Positions 56,824 to 64,000 of a stretch of DNA of 64,000 nucleotides are shown here, one piece after another. The notes beneath the pieces are model-generated. The model searched no databases. It was given only the letters and a program-made list of their open reading frames with translations, and had not been told where the DNA came from. The stretch's first letter is position 1. The number at the start of each line of letters is the position of its first letter. The DNA lies in NCBI GenBank assembly GCA_964436165.1, contig CAYTBY010000001.1, positions 6,777 to 70,776 of the forward strand, read 5' to 3'. The position numbers and the translations under genes are program-made. Source of the DNA: an uncultured Candidatus Saccharibacteria bacterium (lineage in GTDB: Bacteria; Patescibacteriota; Minisyncoccia; 2-02-FULL-40-12; GWA2-44-9).

Positions 56824-58001
56824 TGCGTCTCCATAATTATTTTTTCTCCCCAGGGAACGTTATATTCTTGATTCAAGAGCCAGATGACGGGATACTCTGG
56901 CGGACGAGCCGGATAGCTGCCCATTCCGTCCGTCTGATAGACAAGAGCGGATATTTCTAGGCGTCTTTTTTCAATTTCCGCGAATACTGGTTCAAAGGCC
57001 GTACCGCCACCATGTTTAGGAAAAAATTTCGGCCAGACATCCTGAGGGGTTATCTCAAAGTAATCGTGGATACCCGCATCGCAGAAAAATAGGTGAAGAG
57101 TATAATCTTCAAACTGATCGGTTAAGCCCCTTGTTTCAGCCATGAACTCTTGGAATTGTTTTTTACTGACCGAACCGGAAGTATCAATAGCGCAGGCAAT
57201 TTCTAGCTTCTCTCCGTAAACGGATGGGAGGTATATGCCTCGCCAAAGATGTTTTTTAGCCGGTGGATAAAAACGGAAATCGTTCTTAGCCGTTGAGATA
57301 ACCTTGTCTCTTAAAAGGGTTTTCCAATCCTGTTTCGGTTCAAGGATGTCTTCAACCAGCTTTGCTATTGAACCTGGCAAGTGACCTCTGCCTTTGGCAA
57401 AATTTGCCGCTCTGGCTATGCGGTCTTTCCACTGGTCCGCAAGATCCTGGTTTTCTTTATTAACATCTTGGGCGCTAATATTATTTCCATCCTGGTTATC
57501 ATTGGATTCTGTGCTTGTACCTTGATTCTTGTTCGGTTTTCCCGGCCATTTATGGTGGGAATCCGCTAGTCTGCCCTTGATTGTTTTCGGATCGGGCAGT
57601 AAATCATATATTCTTTCAGCTGACATTCCTTCGTATTTTTTGTCCAGCAATATGCCCGGCGGAAGCTGGAGACCCTCTTTTGTTACAATGAGATTTATTG
57701 CAAAATCAGTGGCATAATTCCATTTCAAAAACTCTCTGCCGCCCCTTCTCCAAATATGTCCAAGGGCGCAGTGGAGTACTTCGTGGACGAGAGTGCCTCT
57801 TAGCTGTTCCGGTGGTACGTTATTAACAAAGTCAGGGTGATAGAACAAGTGCTTTCCGTCTGTTGCCATTGTCGGGATGGGCAGATCTCTGGTTTCAACC
57901 GGTTCAAGTCCCAGGGCAAGATATCCGAAAAAACTGTACTCGTCTCTCATAAGGACCATTCGTTCTTTAAGGATGCGGTTTCTGGGAGAGAGTTTTGGCA
58001 T
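56820..58001 (-). CDS. Metallopeptidase-like + VWA domain protein (DUF2201-like)
   Basis: TMATDG, HEVLH (HExxH), WNYATDFAIN, MIDAS DTSGS, GGGT.F.P, TDG. Confidence 0.85.
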   Translation of the reverse strand: MPKLSPRNRILKERMVLMRDEYSFFGYLALGLEPVETRDLPIPTMATDGKHLFYHPDFVNNVPPEQLRGTLVHEVLHCALGHIWRRGGREFLKWNYATDFAINLIVTKEGLQLPPGILLDKKYEGMSAERIYDLLPDPKTIKGRLADSHHKWPGKPNKNQGTSTESNDNQDGNNISAQDVNKENQDLADQWKDRIARAANFAKGRGHLPGSIAKLVEDILEPKQDWKTLLRDKVISTAKNDFRFYPPAKKHLWRGIYLPSVYGEKLEIACAIDTSGSVSKKQFQEFMAETRGLTDQFEDYTLHLFFCDAGIHDYFEITPQDVWPKFFPKHGGGTAFEPVFAEIEKRRLEISALVYQTDGMGSYPARPPEYPVIWLLNQEYNVPWGEKIIMETQ

Positions 58002-58013
58002 GTTTGGTTTTCC

Positions 58014-59012
58014 TTAATCAAAAGTCAGTAGTTCGTAATATTCTTTCGCTAGCTTTGTCCAGGAGGGACTTTGAACCACGGTCTGTTTATTCTTCTGGAG
58101 CATAAGTTTTATCATTAAGACGGCTATCTCCTTCGGTTCTAAATAATCGGAATACTGAAGTAAGCGCTCAAATTGTTCCGGTCGAGCTTTTACGACCAAA
58201 CCGGTAACTAGGGCATAAGAAGTATCAATTCCGCCTTTTACTATTAGGTTCTTGCCTCTCAATATTTCGTCAAGATCAGGCATTTCAGCTCTAACTCTAA
58301 GGTAGCCCTTGAATTCAATTGCTGTACCCTCGCCGATTGTACCTTGGATCAACTTTTCCTTTAAATTTTGACTCAAGGTGTCGGTCTTTAATATTCTAGA
58401 AACGAATTCCCATGTCCGGGGAGTGGGGAAGGCATTATCATGTCTGGCCGGATCAAAACGGTAGAGTTTGTCGGGCATAAAACTTATGAATTCGATAACT
58501 TCAGATGCAATTCCTATTTTCATTGCCCATTCGCGCCAATCGTCAGTATGAATTTCAACATCAGCATGTATAAAACGGTTTCTTAGGGGAGCTGCCATTT
58601 TATATACGTTCGCTCCATGTTCGGCTTTGTTTCCGGCAGCAATCATATACCATCCATCCGGGACTAGATATTCACCGACTCTCCTGTCCAAAATCAATTG
58701 ATATGCGCTGGCTTGAACTAGAGGAGGAGCCAGATTCATCTCGTCAAGAAGCCAGATGCCTCGGCCATCTCGCGGGAATTCGTGGGGGGCCAGCCATTTT
58801 GCTCTGTCATTTTCAGGAAAAGGCAGTCCTTTAATATCACTCGGGTCCATCATTGATAATCTCGTGTCAATGAATCCGATTTTCTCCTCTTGAGCTACTT
58901 GGCAGCAAATTCTTGATTTCCCGCATCCGGGCGGTCCCCAAAGGTGGAGAGCCGGCATGCCCTGACTGTTAACGATAGCTCTGATGAGTTCGGTAACTTC
59001 TTTCGGGCGCAT
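58014..59012 (-). CDS. MoxR-like AAA+ ATPase
   Basis: GPPGCGKS, LLDEMN, AAGN, APLRNRF, PTPRTWE. Confidence 0.88.
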   Translation of the reverse strand: MRPKEVTELIRAIVNSQGMPALHLWGPPGCGKSRICCQVAQEEKIGFIDTRLSMMDPSDIKGLPFPENDRAKWLAPHEFPRDGRGIWLLDEMNLAPPLVQASAYQLILDRRVGEYLVPDGWYMIAAGNKAEHGANVYKMAAPLRNRFIHADVEIHTDDWREWAMKIGIASEVIEFISFMPDKLYRFDPARHDNAFPTPRTWEFVSRILKTDTLSQNLKEKLIQGTIGEGTAIEFKGYLRVRAEMPDLDEILRGKNLIVKGGIDTSYALVTGLVVKARPEQFERLLQYSDYLEPKEIAVLMIKLMLQKNKQTVVQSPSWTKLAKEYYELLTFD

Positions 59013-59162
59013 TTTGTTGTTCTCCTTTATTGTGAACGAACTGGAATCGTATCCGCTTTATATAATAATAAGTTAAAAATGTCAATACTTTACAAATATT
59101 TATTATCGTGGTATTCTCCTGGGTAGTTAATTTTCCTTTACAACTACAACGGGGAGTAAGTC

Positions 59163-59660
59163 ATGGAGAGAACTCTTGATATTAGTTCTGGACTTGGTGA
59201 TTTTTTTCAGAAAGTTAGAAAAGTTGAGATCGAAGAATTAAAAGTGCCGGATTTTTATATTTCGGGGTGGCCAAGGGCAGTCGGTAGAATAGATATAAGG
59301 TTGAGAAAGCCCGGAATTGTTTATCGGTGGAGGTCAATTAACGGGACTTTATATAAAATTACTAGATGGTTTTGTACGGGGTTCTATGGATTTAAGTTCT
59401 CAATATTAGACACCGGAGAGATTTATATTAATTCTACGGACGCGGCATATTTATCAAGAGAGACTCCATATCGTAGTACTAATAATACATCAAGAGCTGT
59501 TTGTCTCATGTTGTTCGATCAATTTAAAAGCAGGGCATTGCCAAAAATAATTGCTAAAGTTGAAAGAGATTCAAGGTATAATCAAAAAGCAGTTGAAGCC
59601 GTCAAAAAAGCTCTTGAACCATTCATTCCCCAGATTGTTGCCGACCAGCTGGCAAGCTGA
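59163..59660 (+). CDS. Hypothetical protein, MoxR-flanking family
   Basis: KVPDFYISGWP ... AVKKALEPFIPQIVADQLAS; GGGGAG SD. Confidence 0.65.
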   Translation: MERTLDISSGLGDFFQKVRKVEIEELKVPDFYISGWPRAVGRIDIRLRKPGIVYRWRSINGTLYKITRWFCTGFYGFKFSILDTGEIYINSTDAAYLSRETPYRSTNNTSRAVCLMLFDQFKSRALPKIIAKVERDSRYNQKAVEAVKKALEPFIPQIVADQLAS

Positions 59661-59661
59661 C

Positions 59662-59686
59662 AGGCTCCGAAATCTCGGAGCTTTTT
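59662..59686 (+). terminator. Rho-independent terminator
   Basis: gctccga-aatc-tcggagc-ttttt. Confidence 0.7.
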
Positions 59687-59692
59687 AATTTT

Positions 59693-61009
59693 TTATCTTC
59701 CGGCTTGGCGGAGAGAGATGTTTATTGTTTTGAGAATAATTCCTAGGTCGAGAATGAGAGAGCGGTTTTTTATATAGTAGAGGTCGTATTGCAATTTTTC
59801 GGCGGCATCGGCGACGGATGAACTATAGCGGTAATTTATCTGAGCCCAGCCGGTAAGTCCTGGTTTAATAATATACCTCTCTTCATAAAAGGGTATGTTC
59901 TTTTTTAAACTCTCATGGAATTCCGGTCTTTCGGCCCGCGGGCCGACGAATGACATCTCTCCTTTGATGATATTCCAGAGCTGGGGAAGTTCGTCTATTC
60001 TTGCTTTGCGGAGGAGTTTACCGAGCCAGGTTATTCTGGGGTCGTTTTCTTGAGCCCAAACGGCGCCGGTTTCTTTTTCGGCATCTTTTTTCATGGTTCG
60101 AAATTTTATTATTTCAAAATTTTTCCCATTCTGGCCGACTCTTTTCTGGCGGTAAAATATTGGTCCAGGCGAGCCGGTTTTTATTGTTAAGGCAATCAGG
60201 GGTATAAACGGCAAAACGACGGCTCCAAGGACGAATGAAAAAATGAGATCAAAAAACCTCTTCAGTTCTTCGTATGTTTTTTTACTGCCCTCGGTTAGGT
60301 TTTCCAAAAACCAAACTTGGTTAATGGCGCCAAGAGGAACTTTATTGGTTATTTGTTCATAGAATGATGAAAGGTTGCGGAAGGTAACCCGGTTTTCAAG
60401 CGAGCGATAAAATGTATCGATGATCTGGGGAATCTGATAAGTTTCTGGAGAGATGACGACGGTGTTTATTTTTTCCTGACGAATAATTTGGTCCACATTT
60501 CTTATTCCTTCTTTGACTAAGTCCATTAAATATTTTAACTCGTAACCAAGCTGAGGATTTTCTTCCACAAATTTTGCCAGTTCTAAGGATTGGTTGTTTA
60601 CCCCGACAATTAAAAGAGGCTTCTTGTAACCGCTGGCATTGGCTTTATTAAAAAGAGTTCGGCTGGCGATAACTATTCCCGAGGATAGGGCCGTAAATAG
60701 GGCCAAATTTGTTTTTGGTGTTATCTGGAATATCGGGATTAAATAAAAGAAAATGACGGAGATAGCCGAGGCGGTGATGATTGCCCGAGAAAGGCCGGAG
60801 TAAAAGTCGAGGTTGTTTCTTAAAAACCCGAAGTCATACAAGTTGGTGATGTAGAAAATAAAGAGCCAGAGGGCAAAAATAAACAAAAAAGGCATTGAGT
60901 GAATGCCGTATTGGTAGCCGAAACTATCCCTATAACGTACAAAAAGGGTAATGGCCAGAGCTCCATATAAAGCCCCGATATCCAATAAAAAAAGGCCGAA
61001 TCTTCTCAT
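59693..61009 (-). CDS. Polyprenyl glycosylphosphotransferase (WbaP/WcaJ-like priming sugar transferase)
   Basis: N-terminal TMs, KRFFD, GPIFYRQKRVG, KFRTM, DPRIT, RIDELPQ, SFVGPR, PGLTGWAQ. Confidence 0.92.
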   Translation of the reverse strand: MRRFGLFLLDIGALYGALAITLFVRYRDSFGYQYGIHSMPFLFIFALWLFIFYITNLYDFGFLRNNLDFYSGLSRAIITASAISVIFFYLIPIFQITPKTNLALFTALSSGIVIASRTLFNKANASGYKKPLLIVGVNNQSLELAKFVEENPQLGYELKYLMDLVKEGIRNVDQIIRQEKINTVVISPETYQIPQIIDTFYRSLENRVTFRNLSSFYEQITNKVPLGAINQVWFLENLTEGSKKTYEELKRFFDLIFSFVLGAVVLPFIPLIALTIKTGSPGPIFYRQKRVGQNGKNFEIIKFRTMKKDAEKETGAVWAQENDPRITWLGKLLRKARIDELPQLWNIIKGEMSFVGPRAERPEFHESLKKNIPFYEERYIIKPGLTGWAQINYRYSSSVADAAEKLQYDLYYIKNRSLILDLGIILKTINISLRQAGR

Positions 61010-61083
61010 GATTGTGGTTAATAATAACCCAAAACCGATAAAGCGTCAATTGCAAGCACTCATTAAGTGGGTATAATGCCTGT

Positions 61084-62058
61084 ATGGCAACTAATAAAAT
61101 AAAAATTGGTATTATCGGTCTGGGGATGGTGGGCGAGCCGATAAGAAGGTGGTTTGAAGATGTAAACGGCTATAAAAGAGGCCGGGATTTGTTTTGCTAT
61201 GATGTTGACTCAAAAAAGGGCTATTCCGACGATGTTAATAGGGCCGATGTAATTTTTGTCTCGGTTCCGACGCCGACAAATCCGGACGGCAGTTGTAATG
61301 TATCTATTGTTGAGTCGGCTGTGGCCGGTGTTGGGGATAGGAAAATAGTCGTAATTAAATCAACGGTTTCACCCGGGACGGTGGAGAAGCTTCAGAAAAA
61401 ACATCCCAAAAAGCGGTTTATCTTTAATCCGGAATTTTTGACAGAATCTCAAGCCTGGGAGGATTTTATTTCTCCCGACCGGCAAATAGTCGGAACAACT
61501 GCGAAAAGCATGAGCGATGCGGTAGAGGTTCTTAATCTTTTGCCCAAAAAGAATTTTATTCGTCCTTGGACATCTGACTATGCCAAAAAATCAGTCAATG
61601 CTACTGAAGCTGAATTTGGTAAATACGCCTCGAACGTTTTCGGCTATATCAAAGTGATCTATGGAAATATCTTAGCTGATATGTGCTACTCAATGAGTAA
61701 AATAAATGGAGTAAAAGTAGATTACGAAAATGTTAAAGAGCTGATAGGCGCCGATTTACGTATTGGTCCGGCTTGGCTGAATGTTAATCACGGTAATTAC
61801 TCGGGGAGTGGGGGGTACTGCTTTCCGAAGGATATGAATGCTTTTATCGCTTTTGGCGAGACGCTTGAAAAAGATGCGATCAAGAAGAAATTATTAGACA
61901 AGGAACATCTCAAGATTCTTCAGGGCGGCCTGGCGGTTCTGAAAGCAGTCCGGGATTATAATAAAGTTCTCATTGAATCTCAGGGACTCTCAATGGAAGA
62001 CGTTTCGAGGCATGATAAGGAAATAATTGTCCAGAAAAGAAAGAAGATACGGGTATAA
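61084..62058 (+). CDS. UDP-glucose/GDP-mannose dehydrogenase family, short form
   Basis: GLGMVG, SVPTP, KSTVSPGT, FNPEFL, GGYCFPKD; no C-terminal UDP-binding domain. Confidence 0.8.
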   Translation: MATNKIKIGIIGLGMVGEPIRRWFEDVNGYKRGRDLFCYDVDSKKGYSDDVNRADVIFVSVPTPTNPDGSCNVSIVESAVAGVGDRKIVVIKSTVSPGTVEKLQKKHPKKRFIFNPEFLTESQAWEDFISPDRQIVGTTAKSMSDAVEVLNLLPKKNFIRPWTSDYAKKSVNATEAEFGKYASNVFGYIKVIYGNILADMCYSMSKINGVKVDYENVKELIGADLRIGPAWLNVNHGNYSGSGGYCFPKDMNAFIAFGETLEKDAIKKKLLDKEHLKILQGGLAVLKAVRDYNKVLIESQGLSMEDVSRHDKEIIVQKRKKIRV

Positions 62059-62183
62059 ATTAACCTAATTTCTAATTAACCTAATCAAATTCCAATGACC
62101 AAATTCTTATTTTAGACATTAGAAATTAAAACATTGGACATTGATTAGAATAATTAGGTCAATTAGAATAATTAGAAATTTCT
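62059..62183. repeat. AT-rich imperfect inverted array of short CTAAT/ATTAG repeats
   Basis: cctaatttctaattaacctaatcaa... opposite ...ttgattagaataattaggtcaattagaataattagaaatt. Confidence 0.5.
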
Positions 62184-62184
62184 A

Positions 62185-63087
62185 ATGAGATTACTCGTAA
62201 CCGGCGGCGCCGGATTCATAGGGTCGAATTTAGTTGATGTTCTGATTGAGCGTGGTTTTGAGGTTCATGTGATTGATGACCTATCTAACGGCAAGAAGGA
62301 GAACGTTAACAAAAAGGCAGTTCTGCATACTCTTGATGTCACTGACCTTGGTTCCATAAAACCTATTTTTACGGGAGTAGATTATGTCTTTCATTTGGCA
62401 GCTTTGCCCAGAGTTCAATATTCCATTGAGTGTCCGGCCGAATCAAACAAAACTAATGTTGAGGGTACGTTGAATGTTTTGATATCCTCAGTCGAAGCAA
62501 AAGTCAAAAAATTTATTTATTCAGCTTCCAGTTCGGCTTACGGCGATCAGGTAGCGATGCCATTAAAAGAAGACATGATTCCATCTCCGAAAAGTCCGTA
62601 TGGTTTGCAAAAATATTTAGGTGAGCTTTACTGCAGGTTATGGAGGGAGGTTTATAATCTTCCAACCGTTTCTCTCCGTTATTTTAATGTATATGGTCCG
62701 AGATATAATCCTGATGGCGCTTACGCTCTTGTTATCGGAAAATTTTTAAAGCAAAGATTAAATGGCGAACCGATGACAATCACAGGTGATGGGGAACAAA
62801 CGAGGGACTTTACTCATGTTAGGGATGTCGTTCGGGCTAATATACTGGCCATGGAAAGTCAGATGGTGGGTAGGGGCGAAGTAATAAATATCGGAGCCGG
62901 TAAAAATCAATCCATGAACAGAATCGCCCAGCTGATTGGGGGACCGGCAACCTATATACCTGCCAGGTTGGAGCCTAAGCATACTTTGGCCGACAATACT
63001 CTGGCCCGTGAACTTTTAGGCTGGAAGCCTGAAATTGACCTGGAAGAAGGCATCTCGGAATTAAAAAAAATGGCCGGTCTTATCTAG
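62185..63087 (+). CDS. NAD-dependent UDP-sugar 4-epimerase-like
   Basis: VTGGAGFIGS, HLAA.P.V..S, SSSAYG, SPYGLQK, RYFNVYGP, GDGEQTRDF. Confidence 0.9.
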   Translation: MRLLVTGGAGFIGSNLVDVLIERGFEVHVIDDLSNGKKENVNKKAVLHTLDVTDLGSIKPIFTGVDYVFHLAALPRVQYSIECPAESNKTNVEGTLNVLISSVEAKVKKFIYSASSSAYGDQVAMPLKEDMIPSPKSPYGLQKYLGELYCRLWREVYNLPTVSLRYFNVYGPRYNPDGAYALVIGKFLKQRLNGEPMTITGDGEQTRDFTHVRDVVRANILAMESQMVGRGEVINIGAGKNQSMNRIAQLIGGPATYIPARLEPKHTLADNTLARELLGWKPEIDLEEGISELKKMAGLI

Positions 63088-63105
63088 AATTGGTATAATG
63101 ATGAA

Positions 63106-64000
63106 ATGGGTTTAGTTAAAATGGCTAAATTTTTGTGTTTTCTGCTGATTCTTATCAGCTTTTTTGTTGGTAAACCTGTTTATGCCGATAGTCTTGGCCA
63201 GAGAACGAATTTTAATGTAAATCCAGAATTTGATAAATACGAGAGGACATCTTTAACTGCGACATTGCGTCATATCGGCGAGAATCTTTATTTTTACATT
63301 GAAGACAGTTATTGGGATGGCCTTGGTTTTGCTGGACAAAATTCTCTTCTAACAAACATTAAATTTTTAGCCGACGAGTTTGATAAAAATATTTACCCAA
63401 AAGAAACGGCTCTTTGGGGGTCGGAGCCGAAACCTGGCATTGATGGTGATCCCAAGATTACTATTCTTCTGGAGGAGCTTTTAACTAATAATGGGGGGTA
63501 TTTTGATACTGCTAACGGTTACGCCAAAGAATCATCGAAGGATTCTAACGAGCGGGAGATGATTTCCTTGAATGCCGAAGTTTTGGTTTCGGATTCTTTT
63601 GTAGAAAAAATGTTTCTGGCCCATGAGTTTCAGCACCTCATTTCTTTTAATCAGAAAGAGCTAATCAACAATTCATCGGAAGACGTTTGGTTAAATGAAC
63701 TGCGCTCGGAATACTCAATTTCTGTGGCCGGTTATAATGATTCTTACCCGAATTCTAATTTGGATCGAAGAGCTTATATCTTTTCCGGCAATCAATCTGA
63801 TAGTTTGACCGAGTGGCCGAATAAAAATTCAGATTATGCCATGGTTGCATTGTTTGCTGAATATTTAGTCGAGCAGTTTGGCCCTAATATTTTATCGGAA
63901 ATGCTGAGAAGCTCTTTGACCGGAATCTCTTCGTTGAATAAATATTTTACAGATAAGGGCTATTATAGTCCGTCATCCGCCCCTTCTGGCGGAAGCGGAT
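63106..64000 (+). CDS. Secreted zinc metallopeptidase (HEXXH, M30-like); 3' truncated and absent from the ORF track
   Basis: Manual translation: signal-like MAKFLCFLLILISFFVGKPVYA-D, PGIDGDPKITIL, GGYF, SNEREM, LAHEFQH, WLNE; runs off the window. Confidence 0.75.
   Translation, partial: MGLVKMAKFLCFLLILISFFVGKPVYADSLGQRTNFNVNPEFDKYERTSLTATLRHIGENLYFYIEDSYWDGLGFAGQNSLLTNIKFLADEFDKNIYPKETALWGSEPKPGIDGDPKITILLEELLTNNGGYFDTANGYAKESSKDSNEREMISLNAEVLVSDSFVEKMFLAHEFQHLISFNQKELINNSSEDVWLNELRSEYSISVAGYNDSYPNSNLDRRAYIFSGNQSDSLTEWPNKNSDYAMVALFAEYLVEQFGPNILSEMLRSSLTGISSLNKYFTDKGYYSPSSAPSGGSG

Noticed and set aside
1457-62982. Numerous 60-120 aa ORFs antisense to or overlapping long genes (e.g. 3705-4064, 11072-11395, 12562-12888, 54967-55278)
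   Set aside because: They are shadows of well-supported CDSs, with no motifs or independent expression signals.
1-64000. CRISPR array, rRNA, tRNA, integrase or transposase
   Set aside because: No regularly spaced repeat-spacer array, cloverleaf or recognisable recombinase/transposase motif was seen. The dispersed repeats are inverted-repeat elements.
1-64000. Alternative genetic code (TGA recoded)
   Set aside because: Conserved enzymes are full length in the standard code and several end at TGA with ATGA/TGATG overlaps.

Overview
Bacterial DNA in the standard genetic code. It is probably from a Patescibacteria/CPR genome, inferred from gene content, leaderless genes and palindromic repeats, and not proven. 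(1) 1-39.5 kb is a very large nucleotide-sugar and tailoring-enzyme region. It holds two DMT/EamA transporters, pseB/pseC/Pse-associated methylase, a GT2, several SDR epimerases/dehydratases, two paralogous cobalamin-binding radical SAM enzymes, a split transketolase, an orphan E1-alpha/beta pair, a ColD-like PLP enzyme, a NodU/TobZ carbamoyltransferase, duplicated Nudix and cytidylyltransferase-fold genes, gmhA/hddA, an ABC flippase-like transporter, fcl, and a gmd interrupted by two LAGLIDADG inteins. (2) 39.7-47 kb is an island of two unknown paralogous small-protein families sharing an N-terminal LIKxT-like motif, with a rhomboid protease and a helical protein. (3) 47-64 kb has Wzx, GT-C, DPM1-like, O-antigen ligase-TPR, an arginine decarboxylase-like gene, a MoxR AAA+/metallopeptidase-VWA pair flanked by three paralogs with a conserved C-terminal tail, a priming sugar transferase, UGD-like, an epimerase and a truncated secreted HEXXH protease. 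Non-coding highlights are: a boxA-like motif between promoter and Shine-Dalgarno in about 18 accessory transcription units, while other genes look leaderless; two promoters with 10-bp direct repeats, one driving a small HTH gene; three copies of a TAGGACTTACGCG-ended structured element with compensatory base changes; and several other hairpin elements. No rRNA, tRNA, CRISPR, integrase or transposase was recognised. All functional calls come from motif recognition by eye, and no database searches were run.
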